NCBI GenBank assembly: GCA_963772365.1 | Contig: CAVYXA010000001.1 | Location: forward strand, 1,733,267-1,797,266 | From: an uncultured Verrucomicrobiae bacterium | Lineage (GTDB): Bacteria; Verrucomicrobiota; Verrucomicrobiia; Chthoniobacterales; UBA10450 | Length of the DNA: 64,000 bases | Direction of reading: 5' to 3' | Shown here: positions 19,399 through 28,944 of the stretch, piece after piece | Position numbering within the stretch: position 1 is the stretch's first letter | Layout of the letters: every line of letters begins with the position of its first letter | The notes under the pieces: generated by a model | Seen by the model: the letters and a program-made list of their open reading frames with translations, nothing else | Told to the model about the DNA's origin: nothing | The model's database searches: none | Translations under genes and position numbers: made by a program

Positions 19399-19608
19399 AT
19401 GAGCACGCTTGCTGAAATTGAGGCTGCGATTGAGCGGTTGCCCGCTCCGCAACGAGAAGAACTTGCGTTGTGGCTAGAGCGACAACGCATTCGAAAGACA
19501 GGCGTCCTCACGTCGGAGCCAGATTTTCTCGCGCGCGCGAAGGCCATTTGGGGAGAATCCCCGTCGGGAAAGCCGTTGAGTACGCTTGTCTCAGAAGCGC
19601 GAGGTTAA
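19399..19608 (+). CDS. Putative antitoxin
   Basis: 69 aa directly upstream of a PIN gene; TTGCGA-N17-TACAAT promoter. Confidence 0.7.
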   Translation: MSTLAEIEAAIERLPAPQREELALWLERQRIRKTGVLTSEPDFLARAKAIWGESPSGKPLSTLVSEARG

Positions 19609-19611
19609 GAT

Positions 19612-20040
19612 TTGGTTTATCTCGATACCGGTTGTTTGCTGAAGCTCTACTACCCTGAGCCGGAGAGCGCGAAAGTAGTAGCGGCTGTTTCGGGCGAAAC
19701 GATTGTTTTCACCGCATTGCACGAATTGGAAATCGTCACTGCGATGCAGCTGAAAGTTTTTCGCAGTGAAGCTAAGCCTGAGCAAGTGACTGCGGCACTC
19801 GACTTGGTTTATGAGGACCTCGCGGCAGGCAAATTAACGGAGATGGCGATAGATTGGCGCACTGTTTTGAAGGACGCCACGCGGACCGCTCGAACCCATG
19901 CCGCGGCAACTGGCTGCCGATCCCTCGACATCTTGCACTGCGCTCTGGCAAAGACTGTTAGCCCGACTGTATTTTTGTCCTCTGACAATCGGCAGATTAC
20001 GCTGGCGAATGCCGAGGGGCTGCGAGTCCTAACAATCTAA
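19612..20040 (+). CDS. vapC: VapC/PIN toxin
   Basis: YLDTG, ELE, RSLDILH, SSD motifs. Confidence 0.85.
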   Translation: MVYLDTGCLLKLYYPEPESAKVVAAVSGETIVFTALHELEIVTAMQLKVFRSEAKPEQVTAALDLVYEDLAAGKLTEMAIDWRTVLKDATRTARTHAAATGCRSLDILHCALAKTVSPTVFLSSDNRQITLANAEGLRVLTI

Positions 20041-20093
20041 CGCGCTGCGCATCTGCAACGCGAAGCGTTCGACATTGCCCCAAGCAAGATCCG

Positions 20094-21011
20094 TTACTTA
20101 TTGGCAATCCTTACGATGCTGCCCTTTGCCTGCGCGTCCTTTGGATCTTTCACTACGGTCACGTACAATTCTTTCTCGCCCCGGCCAAAGGCGACGTTGG
20201 TTGTTCCATCACCGGCAGCAATCTTAAATACGTGCAGAAGCTTGCCGTCGGGAGAGATTTTCAAAATCTTGCCGCCGGACCATTGCGCGACGTAGAGGTC
20301 CCCCTTGCTATCGATCTTCATGCTATCCGGACCCAGCCACCACGATTGGCTCTTGTTTTTTACGAGAAGGTTTAGCAGAGCAAAGTTCGATCTGTCGCTC
20401 AACGAGCCGTCGTCGTTGATCTTGAATTTCAAGATGCAGTTCCCGACGGTTTCGCTGACGTAAAGAGTTTTTTGGTCGGGCGAGACGCCGATTCCGTTGG
20501 CGTAATTAAGATCATTGGCAACCTCGACCCATTCGTGACCGCCCGGCGCAAGATACAGAATCCTTCCCTCGACCAATGTGGGCACGTCTACCCAGGGACC
20601 AAAGACCGTGGCATAAGCACCACCGTTGGCGGTGACCACGATATCATTGATGCCGCCCTCGAATGGTTTCCCGTCTTTGTCGGCATCCCAACGGCGCAAC
20701 TGCTTGCCGGTCATGTCGAGTTCAAGAATGGCGCCATGTTCGTCGGTGCATGCCAGCAGGAGCGTCTTTCGTTTGGTGAGCGCCAATCCGTTATGGCCGC
20801 AGCCCGGAGTATGGTTTAACACCGTCGTTGTTTTTCCATCCCATTTCGACAGCGTGTTTGAGACCCAGCCAACGTAGTAAAGGTTGCCGTCAACGTACAA
20901 CGGACCTTCGGGTCCAAGGACATTGCTGACGACGACTGTTTCGTCGGCATACGCTGTCGCAGCCGCCAGCACTGCGCCAACAGCGCAGCAGATAATTTTA
21001 CTTATCTTCAT
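20094..21011 (-). CDS. SMP-30/gluconolactonase-family secreted beta-propeller
   Basis: PEGP, IND, NGIGVSPD, PDSMKID, TNVAFG. Confidence 0.88.
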   Translation of the reverse strand: MKISKIICCAVGAVLAAATAYADETVVVSNVLGPEGPLYVDGNLYYVGWVSNTLSKWDGKTTTVLNHTPGCGHNGLALTKRKTLLLACTDEHGAILELDMTGKQLRRWDADKDGKPFEGGINDIVVTANGGAYATVFGPWVDVPTLVEGRILYLAPGGHEWVEVANDLNYANGIGVSPDQKTLYVSETVGNCILKFKINDDGSLSDRSNFALLNLLVKNKSQSWWLGPDSMKIDSKGDLYVAQWSGGKILKISPDGKLLHVFKIAAGDGTTNVAFGRGEKELYVTVVKDPKDAQAKGSIVRIANK

Positions 21012-21355
21012 TTTGATTCCTTTCCGGAAATTTCTCAGACAGGATTAACTCCGAAAGCCTTCGCGAGCACGCAGGATTTACGAATTCAGTTCAGAAGAGA
21101 ATGGCAAGGTTTAACCAGATGTACACAGATTCCGGAACCTCGAATCTTCTTTCTCATCTGTGTTTGAAACTCGCTCGGCTCCCGCCTCTCTCGTCGCTAC
21201 CCATCGCCACTTTACCTTCTATGTCATTCATCCCGCTCGCTCCATTCTTCTGTGTCAACCTGTGGCCTGATTCTGCTCGGCGCGTGGGCCGATGCTGAGG
21301 GCGCCCATCGGCTTGCATCGCGGCGCGGCATTCGCTTCATCAAGTCGTCTTCGCC

Positions 21356-23155
21356 TCAATGTTTCGGTACGAAGGGCCAGAAGATCGGGATGAGAATGCT
21401 GGCTACGATCCAGAGAAGGATATTGAGCGGCGCGCCGATCTTTGGAAAATCGGAGAAGCGGTAACCACCCGCGCCGAACACGTAAGTGTTGGTTTGGTGT
21501 CCGATCGGGGTCGCGAAGCTGGCTGCGCAGCCGAACATGATCGCGACCGCGAACGGTCGCGCATCGACTCCCATTGCGGCCGCAATTTCGAACGCGATGG
21601 GAGTCAGAAGGACGGCGACCGCGTTATTGCTAATCAATTCGGTGAGCAGCGTCGCCACAAGGTACGTGACCGAAAGAGTGACGGCCGGTCCGAAGCGACC
21701 GACCGCACCGGTCACCCCGCTGGCGATGAGATGGGCGGCACCGGTTGTCTCCATCGCGGTGCCCAGCGCGAGCATTCCCAAAATCATGTAGAGGATTCTC
21801 CATTGCACCGCTCCGCGCGCCTCTTCGATATCGAGGCAGCGAGTGACAACAACGAAGATGGCGGCAATCAATGCCAGAGCGGCGAGCGGCAGGACGTGGA
21901 ACGCGCCGAGCACGATGACGCTCGCGATGGCTATGACCGCGAGTGGCGCTTTTTCCCGACGGAAAGCGCGCTGGGTCGGCTCGGTCAGACTCAGGAAATC
22001 ACGTTCCTGCATCAGGCGATGGATTCCCTCGGCTGGTCCCTGCACAAGGAGCGTGTCGCCAAAGTCCAGTTTCACGTCTTCGAAATGTTCGCGCAGGTTT
22101 TCGCCTTGACGGTGTACCGCAAGGATGTGGACGCCGTATTCCTTGCGAAAATTGAGATCGCGTAGCGTCTTACCGAGAAATGTGGAGCGGTTTCCGAGGA
22201 TTCCTTCCATCAGGACGGCTTCGCGCTCGCCGGTAGTCGCAACGCCGAGCTCGGCTTCCGATTGGAAAAGCACGCCGGGCATTTCCTTGATTCCCTTGAC
22301 TCCGGCGACGGGGGTTTCGAGCAGTAGTTGGTCGCCGGCGGCAAGGCGCAGGCTTTCGAGCGGCCTCTCGATTCTCTCGCCGTTGCGCACCACGTCGATG
22401 ATCCGTGCCTCGCGCAGCCGCGCGAGCGGAGTCTCGGCGATGGTTTTCCCGAGGAGCGGTGAAGCGTTGCTGATCACCGCCTGGGTGAGAAATAGCCTCG
22501 GCATTCCGCCGCCGATGAGGGCCGCGAGGCTCTCACGGTAGGGCAAAAGTTTGCGGGCAAAGATGAGTAGGTAAACGACTCCGATACCCGCGTAGATGAG
22601 TCCGAGCGGCGTGATTTCAAACATCCCAAACGGCGCGAGACCTCGACTATGGGCGATTCCGTTTACGAGCAGATTAGTCGATGTGCCGATGAGAGTGCAC
22701 GTGCCGCCGAGGATCGAGAAATACGAAAGCGGGATGAGAAGGCGCGAGGCTTTCAGGTCGGTGTCGCGGGCCAGGGTCAGGACCACCGGCACGAAGACCA
22801 CGACCACCGGCATGTGGTTCACCATGGCCGAAAGCGGCAATGTCAAAAGAGCGAGGGCGAGTCGGGCTCGCCATTCGCTCTTGCCGGCCAGCCGCATAAA
22901 GACCCGGGCGAGCGAATCAATTGCGCCCGTGCGCTCAAGGCCTGCACTTAAGACGAACATGCACCCGATGATGATCGGCGCGCTGTTGCTGAAGACAGCG
23001 AGCGTCTCATCTGTACTCAAAATGCCCGTGGCCAAGAGCACTCCCATCGCGCCTAACGCCACCAGGTCAGGCGATGCCCACTCGCGCAAAAAGGCGGTGA
23101 AGACGACAACCACAAGCGCGAAGACGATTATGAGATGAAGAGTATGCACGCTCAT
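21356..23155 (-). CDS. SLC13/CitMHS-type permease with two TrkA-C domains
   Basis: GGTCTLIGTSTN, SNNA, TPIGHQTN; central RCK-C repeats. Confidence 0.88.
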   Translation of the reverse strand: MSVHTLHLIIVFALVVVVFTAFLREWASPDLVALGAMGVLLATGILSTDETLAVFSNSAPIIIGCMFVLSAGLERTGAIDSLARVFMRLAGKSEWRARLALALLTLPLSAMVNHMPVVVVFVPVVLTLARDTDLKASRLLIPLSYFSILGGTCTLIGTSTNLLVNGIAHSRGLAPFGMFEITPLGLIYAGIGVVYLLIFARKLLPYRESLAALIGGGMPRLFLTQAVISNASPLLGKTIAETPLARLREARIIDVVRNGERIERPLESLRLAAGDQLLLETPVAGVKGIKEMPGVLFQSEAELGVATTGEREAVLMEGILGNRSTFLGKTLRDLNFRKEYGVHILAVHRQGENLREHFEDVKLDFGDTLLVQGPAEGIHRLMQERDFLSLTEPTQRAFRREKAPLAVIAIASVIVLGAFHVLPLAALALIAAIFVVVTRCLDIEEARGAVQWRILYMILGMLALGTAMETTGAAHLIASGVTGAVGRFGPAVTLSVTYLVATLLTELISNNAVAVLLTPIAFEIAAAMGVDARPFAVAIMFGCAASFATPIGHQTNTYVFGAGGYRFSDFPKIGAPLNILLWIVASILIPIFWPFVPKH

Positions 23156-23178
23156 GGCTTAGCCGCAGATTTCAGACC

Positions 23179-23388
23179 GTGGCTGTTTTCGCCGACAATG
23201 CCGCCTACTACAATCGTGAAATTGTCGCTCTGCCGTCCGCGCCGAAGCACGCGCAACTATTCGATTACGAGCGGATGCTGGGATTACCCATATCTTCCAT
23301 TTCGACTCAGGAGAAGATTCTTGATCAAGACCGCATCTGGCAGAGAATTGACCCGGGCCCTGAATTAAAACAATATACGCGAACATGA
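23179..23388 (+). pseudogene. Possible 3' remnant of a truncated gene
   Basis: Protein-like 69 aa whose TGA overlaps the ATG of the aldo/keto reductase; no room upstream. Confidence 0.3.
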
Positions 23389-24332
23389 TTGTTCCGAAAC
23401 ACGATGTGATTTCTCGACGCCGAGCAACGAAGTTGATTGGCTCAACTTTTCTCGGTGCATTGCTACCGATTGGTAGATCGTTCAGCTCCGCGGCCGACAG
23501 GACTCCTCTGCGGCGCTCGGTTCCATCTACGGGTGAAAAGATTCCCGTCATTGGCTTGGGAAGCGCGAGAACATTCGATGTTCGCCCCGGCTCACCCGAC
23601 CTAAAACCGCTCGGTGATGTGCTGGAACGTTTTGTGAAGCTGGGAGGTAAACTGATCGACTCGTCCCCGATGTATGGAAATGCGGAAAGAGTGATTGGTG
23701 ATCTCGCGGGGAAAAGGCATGTGCGCGATTCACTTTTCATTGCCACCAAGGTCTGGACCAAGGGCAAGCAGGAGGGAATCTCCCAGATGGAACACTCCAT
23801 GGAGCGTTTTCAAACCGGGACGATTGACCTGATGCAAGTGCATAATTTGTCCGATGTAGAAACTCAGATGGCTACGCTGCGCGAATGGAAGTCGGCGGGA
23901 AAGATTCGCTATACCGGAATCTCGTATTCCGAGGATCGCGGCCACGCAGAAGTAGAGCGGGTGATGAAGGCGCAGAAGCCTGATTTCGTGCAGATCAATT
24001 ATTCACTGGTCGATCGGGCTGCGGCTCGGCGTATCTTGCCGCTGGCCCAGGAACTTCATATGGGAGTCGTCATTAACCGTCCGTTTGGCGGTGGCGGTAT
24101 ATTTCAGGTGATCTCTTCAAAGCCGCTGCCAGCGTGGGCTGCCGAATTCGATTGCCACTCGTGGCCTCAATTTTTATTGAAGTGGATCGTTGCTCACCCG
24201 GCAGTCACCTGTGTGATTCCTGCCACAAATAATCCCCAGCACCTCGAAGATAACATGGCGGCCGGAGTTGGCCGGCTTCCCGATGCCAAAACTCGACAGC
24301 GAATGGCCTCCCTCTTCGTCGGATTCGATTAG
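23385..24332 (+). CDS. Aldo/keto reductase with a Tat-like leader
   Basis: IDSSPMYG, IATKVW, IDLMQVHN, VIPAT; SRRRA leader. Confidence 0.9.
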   Translation: MIVPKHDVISRRRATKLIGSTFLGALLPIGRSFSSAADRTPLRRSVPSTGEKIPVIGLGSARTFDVRPGSPDLKPLGDVLERFVKLGGKLIDSSPMYGNAERVIGDLAGKRHVRDSLFIATKVWTKGKQEGISQMEHSMERFQTGTIDLMQVHNLSDVETQMATLREWKSAGKIRYTGISYSEDRGHAEVERVMKAQKPDFVQINYSLVDRAAARRILPLAQELHMGVVINRPFGGGGIFQVISSKPLPAWAAEFDCHSWPQFLLKWIVAHPAVTCVIPATNNPQHLEDNMAAGVGRLPDAKTRQRMASLFVGFD

Positions 24333-24337
24333 ACGAC

Positions 24338-25987
24338 TTAATCCTTCTCCTGAGAGAGATAAAGTTTGGCCTCGCTGACAACCTGTCGCGTTCCGATATC
24401 GGCAACTTCGACAAGTTGTTTATAGAAGGCCCGTGCTGCTGGTTTATCGTCGAGGGCAATGGCGGCACGAGCGGCGCCAAGCAGGCTGTTAAAGCGATGC
24501 GGATAAAGATCGAGTGATTGCTTGTAGGCAACAAGCGCAGCAGCGGGCTGCTTTTGCTCCATGAAAAGGTCTCCCAAAAGTTCGAGCGCCGGAAGAGTTG
24601 GTCCGGGTGTGACCGCGGCCTTGGGTGTTGATGTTTCAAGATCGACAGCTTCTTTCATTAGGGCGACGCTCGATTCTCTTTGTCCTTCCAGATGGGCTAG
24701 CCACGCGTTTAGCTCAAGGCGAAGCACCCGGATATTTCGGGCAAACAATTCCTCCTTTGCGTTACGCGTCGTTTCTTCAAGTTCTTCGAGACGCTTCGCT
24801 TCTAATTTGGCGTCGTCGATCTTACCCAGATGCGCCGCACCGAGACCGCGGGCGAAGCGAACAATCGATTCCGGCCAGGTGAAATGGTCCCAATCAAGGT
24901 TCGCAGGTTCCCGCGGTTTGATCGAGATCGCCTCGTTCCACGCGCGACGTTCGAGAGCGTAACGCGCCTGAGTCGAGGCGAGATGAAACGCCACTTTAAA
25001 CGTCGGCTCCAAATGTTCGGTTGCGCGCAGTCGTTTCAATTGCGCTGCCGCCTGATCGTCTGCGCCCTTTTGGAGATAGGCGTAAATGAGATACTCAACC
25101 GCGTGCGGAAACTCATCCCAAACGAACTCGCCATGTTCGCCGACAGGATATTTCAGAGCTGCATCCGCTGCTCGGAGATTTCCGCGGATCGATCCGTTCC
25201 AGTCGCCGAGCCTCGTATAAATATGCGTCGGCATGTGCAACGCGTGTGGATTATCGGGTGCGACGTCCTCGTATTTGCGGGTGATCTCGAGCTGTTCGCG
25301 TTCGCGACCGGGGACATCGTTAGCGTGAATCAAATAATGCATCGCCCCTGGGTGATCCGGATTCTGTTTGTAAATCCGGAGAAGAATCTCGGCAGCGCGA
25401 TCCGAATGCTCGTGGGAAATTTTATCTGCTGGCGCGGTCGCCAGATGCGCTAACGCGTAGAAAGCACCAGCCTCCGGATCATCCGGAAATGCTTTGTAAG
25501 TTTTTTCCATTGCCTGTTCCCATCGCCGAATCCGCAGCCAGTAATCGATCGATGTTGGATCGACAAAGAATGCTTCCGCTGCAGCGACGAAGAGCTTTTC
25601 TCGTTCTGTGGGAGGTTTGAGCGCTTTGGCTTTTTGCACTTCGTCCCAACCCAGTTGAAGAACTTTAGGTGAGGGCCGAGTCGGCCAGAGGGGCTGGAAC
25701 AAAGTCATCGCTACGCCCCAATGCGCCATTGCGCATTTCGGATCGATCGCTGCTACGTGCTGAAACGCTGCGCGAGCTTGCGGGTAAGTCATGTGATGCA
25801 AGAGAGCGACTGCTCGATTGAACTCCACTTGCGCTTCTTTCGAACACGATACCGGGAAATTGACCGTGCCCAGGCTGTGCTCGGCGTGTTGATCCGGCTG
25901 ATCTGCATGAGCCGTCAGATAAATGCTGAAGAGAATCGCGATATTGAAACCGAGATTCACGAAAACATTCCGATGCGGATGCTTCAT
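24338..25987 (-). CDS. Secreted TPR-repeat protein
   Basis: LGTVNFPVSC, PDHPGAMHYLIH, HALHMPTHIY. Confidence 0.75.
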   Translation of the reverse strand: MKHPHRNVFVNLGFNIAILFSIYLTAHADQPDQHAEHSLGTVNFPVSCSKEAQVEFNRAVALLHHMTYPQARAAFQHVAAIDPKCAMAHWGVAMTLFQPLWPTRPSPKVLQLGWDEVQKAKALKPPTEREKLFVAAAEAFFVDPTSIDYWLRIRRWEQAMEKTYKAFPDDPEAGAFYALAHLATAPADKISHEHSDRAAEILLRIYKQNPDHPGAMHYLIHANDVPGREREQLEITRKYEDVAPDNPHALHMPTHIYTRLGDWNGSIRGNLRAADAALKYPVGEHGEFVWDEFPHAVEYLIYAYLQKGADDQAAAQLKRLRATEHLEPTFKVAFHLASTQARYALERRAWNEAISIKPREPANLDWDHFTWPESIVRFARGLGAAHLGKIDDAKLEAKRLEELEETTRNAKEELFARNIRVLRLELNAWLAHLEGQRESSVALMKEAVDLETSTPKAAVTPGPTLPALELLGDLFMEQKQPAAALVAYKQSLDLYPHRFNSLLGAARAAIALDDKPAARAFYKQLVEVADIGTRQVVSEAKLYLSQEKD

Positions 25988-26123
25988 ATGACAAACCTCG
26001 CGGGCATTTGCGCTTTGGCCATTCACCATCTTTTCACGTCCAGATCTTATCTAACATGCGAAATTCTTTGTGCCCGCGAAAAAACAGGAATAAACCCGCA
26101 CCGCCGGTTCTCTTGTCTCTACT

Positions 26124-27500
26124 ATGAAGAACAAGCAGTATTTCAACGAAAGGTTGCAAGACCCTCGCGTGACAAGACACGGTGGTGTGGTTTTCGGTGC
26201 CCACCCTTGGATTGACAGAAATTCTTTTTCGACGGCGTGTGGGAAAGAGGCGAGACATTTCGGCTGCAGAAAGCTCGCATCTACATTTCTCGCCATCCTG
26301 GCTCCGATCATATCTCTTCCCTCTTTGATGGCTGCAGACCACGCGAACTTACCAGAGGTTGTCCAGAATTTCGTCGAGCAGAAAGTCATCCCGGATGACG
26401 GCATGGGAGACGACGGCTTTGGTTACGCCGTCGCCGTTTCCGGCACGACGGCCATGGTGGGCGAAGCCAAGGCCCTCGTCAACCAGGGCCGAGGTGAGGT
26501 CTATGTTTATGCGAGATCGAGGGTTGGTTGGATCCAGACACAGAAACTTACCGCCAGCGACGGCGCACCTGAAGATGGATTTGGCTCTTCCATTGCCGTC
26601 TCGGGCAACACCGCCATCATCGGCGCCATCGACGTGAACGACGACCGCGGTGCAGTTTATATTTTCAGATATTCCGGCGGCACCTGGAGCGAGACTCAGA
26701 AGCTGACGGCAAGCGACGGCGAGCAACTCGACTGGTTCGGCTACGCGGTTGCCTTTTCTGGCACGCAGCTGGTCGTGGGAGCGAGAAACGCCAGGGGCGA
26801 TCGCGGCGCGGCCTATTTCTACGATGGATCAAGTGGCACCTGGCTCCTAACGGCGGAACTTAGCCCTGCCGATCTCCAACCTCAGGATTACTTTGGCGCG
26901 TCGGTCGCTCTCTCAGGCACAACTGCGTTGATCGGGGCCTTTGATATCAATGGGCACGCTGCGGGCGCAGCCTACATTTTTAACTACAGGCCACGCGGCG
27001 GATGGACTCAGACCGCGAAACTTATTCCGAGCGATGGGCATCCCGGCGATTGGTTTGGGTGGTCGGTCGCATTATCAGATGACACCGCAGTAGTCGGTGC
27101 AAACGAAGCGCTCATCAATAACCAGCTGAACTATGGTGCGGTCTATGTATTTAACCGTTCGGGCGACCTGTGGTTTCAAAGCCAGAAGCTGCTGGCCAGT
27201 GATGGCGCAGAGTTTGGCACCTTCGGCACTTCTGTAGCAATGGACGGCAACACGATCCTCGTAGGCGCTCCCGGCCGACCGGCCGCATATCTCTTCACCC
27301 GGTCGAATGGAATTTGGGCTCAGACGGCGGAATTGATGGCCAGCGATCATTCGAGCGTAGGCGGTACCTACGGCTGGAAAGCCGCATTCGACGGCAACGT
27401 CTCGCTGGTGAGCTCGACCTTTAGCATGGTCAACGGACATCCCGAAGGCGCGGCTTATTTCTACCGGCCATTGCGGACGTTGGGTGTTCGTTCACGATAA
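26124..27500 (+). CDS. FG-GAP repeat beta-propeller protein (start uncertain)
   Basis: About 7 repeats of KLTASDG...FGxSVAxSG...GA...GAVYxF. Confidence 0.85.
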   Translation: MKNKQYFNERLQDPRVTRHGGVVFGAHPWIDRNSFSTACGKEARHFGCRKLASTFLAILAPIISLPSLMAADHANLPEVVQNFVEQKVIPDDGMGDDGFGYAVAVSGTTAMVGEAKALVNQGRGEVYVYARSRVGWIQTQKLTASDGAPEDGFGSSIAVSGNTAIIGAIDVNDDRGAVYIFRYSGGTWSETQKLTASDGEQLDWFGYAVAFSGTQLVVGARNARGDRGAAYFYDGSSGTWLLTAELSPADLQPQDYFGASVALSGTTALIGAFDINGHAAGAAYIFNYRPRGGWTQTAKLIPSDGHPGDWFGWSVALSDDTAVVGANEALINNQLNYGAVYVFNRSGDLWFQSQKLLASDGAEFGTFGTSVAMDGNTILVGAPGRPAAYLFTRSNGIWAQTAELMASDHSSVGGTYGWKAAFDGNVSLVSSTFSMVNGHPEGAAYFYRPLRTLGVRSR

Positions 27501-27602
27501 ACGAACCTTTTCCCGCGAAAAATTGCGTAATCTTTTCCAGTTTCTGATAACACCTTGCCGTTGCGTAGTGGGGCGCGAATTCTTTTAGCTACTCATGACC
27601 GC

Positions 27603-28067
27603 TCACTTGGCCGGAAGATCGGAATTCCAGCAATCGGCGCCGCATTTCCAGCTGCCATCGGCCTGCTTTTCCCAAACCTCGAGATATTTCCCGTGACCTT
27701 TGACTTGTTTGCCGCCGGCGTCCTTCGACACCCACTCGTAGGTGCCGCTGACGTAAGCCATGTCGCCGGACTTCGCGACTTCCACGCGCGTCGGTTTCCA
27801 ACTTCCACTGATCATGCTGTCGAGGTCTTCTTTCCAAGAGGCGCGAATTGCCTCCGCAGTCCTCGCAGCCCGCTTGTTTGGCGGCAAGACAATGGCGTCC
27901 TTGGAATAATAGGAGACCGTCTTGTCGATGTCCCTCGCTGCTGCAGCCTTGGACCATTGTTTGTCGAAGTTGCGGAGTGCCTGCTCGATGCTCGAATCCG
28001 CGGCCAGACCGATTGCGGCTGCCATGATTCCCAAAGCTAACGTTGCTAACAGAGCTTTTGTTTTCAT
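27603..28067 (-). CDS. DUF4440/SnoaL-like secreted protein
   Basis: SGDMAYVSGTY, GKYLEVWEKQADGSWK. Confidence 0.85.
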   Translation of the reverse strand: MKTKALLATLALGIMAAAIGLAADSSIEQALRNFDKQWSKAAAARDIDKTVSYYSKDAIVLPPNKRAARTAEAIRASWKEDLDSMISGSWKPTRVEVAKSGDMAYVSGTYEWVSKDAGGKQVKGHGKYLEVWEKQADGSWKCGADCWNSDLPAK

Positions 28068-28186
28068 CCGCCCATCCACACCAAATTCGATTTGCGGGTC
28101 AAGCTTCTTGTTCATTTAACGACGGCTGTTTACGCTTCAGAATTGCTATTGACGTCGGCCCAGGTTTCTGACGGAATCCGACCACG

Positions 28187-28648
28187 ATGAAAACTCAAAT
28201 TGCAGCAGTAATCACAGCTCTGTCGTTTGCGGCGACAGCGGCCTTTGCAGCCGGCCCGCAAATGGGGACCTGGAAGCTCAATGAAACGAAATCGAAAATG
28301 CAACCGGGCATGGGCAAAAACACGACGGTTACTTACACGGAAAAAGGGGACAAGGTTCAGGTGACCGTGGACGGCGTGGACAAGGATGGAAAACCGACGC
28401 ACGGCGTTTGGGTCGGGAAGTGGGACGGGAAAGCCTACAAAGAAAAGGGGAATGCGCCCTGGGACTCAGCCGCGTACAAAATGGTGAACGATCACACAAA
28501 TGACATCACCACAATGAAAGATGGCAAAGTCGTCTGGACAGGCCAGATCAAGGTCGCCAAGGATGGCAAATCGCGCACCGTTACCATTCACGGCACCGAC
28601 GCGAACGGGAAGAAATTCACGTCCAAGGCCGTTTACGACAAAAAGTAG
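28187..28648 (+). CDS. Secreted lipocalin-like beta-barrel hypothetical protein
   Basis: Signal peptide, GTWKLN...KSK, ends KAVYDKK. Confidence 0.7.
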   Translation: MKTQIAAVITALSFAATAAFAAGPQMGTWKLNETKSKMQPGMGKNTTVTYTEKGDKVQVTVDGVDKDGKPTHGVWVGKWDGKAYKEKGNAPWDSAAYKMVNDHTNDITTMKDGKVVWTGQIKVAKDGKSRTVTIHGTDANGKKFTSKAVYDKK

Positions 28649-28944
28649 GGCTGTGCGACGCTTCGCGTGTTGAACCGGTAAATCGGCAACACAAGACTGT
28701 ATCGACATTGCAGAACGCGCCGCTACGTCACAAGCCGTGGCGGCGCGTATAATGCGCGATCGATTTGTTGGGAATTGCGATCGCCGGAGTACGAGCCGCA
28801 GTGGCAATTGCCGTTGTCGACCCTAGTTGCTCTCATCTGATTCCGTCCCAATGCTGGCGCCCTAACGTTCTCTCCGACAGGCTTCGGTAGTTCTAATACC
28901 CTCGGCACCCAAGTTGCTTCGGTAATTTGCCAGGCAAAGGGAAA

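Noticed and set aside
26380..27470. Periodic DNA repeats that could suggest a CRISPR array
   Set aside because: They are degenerate protein-level FG-GAP repeats; there are no identical repeats with spacers and no cas genes
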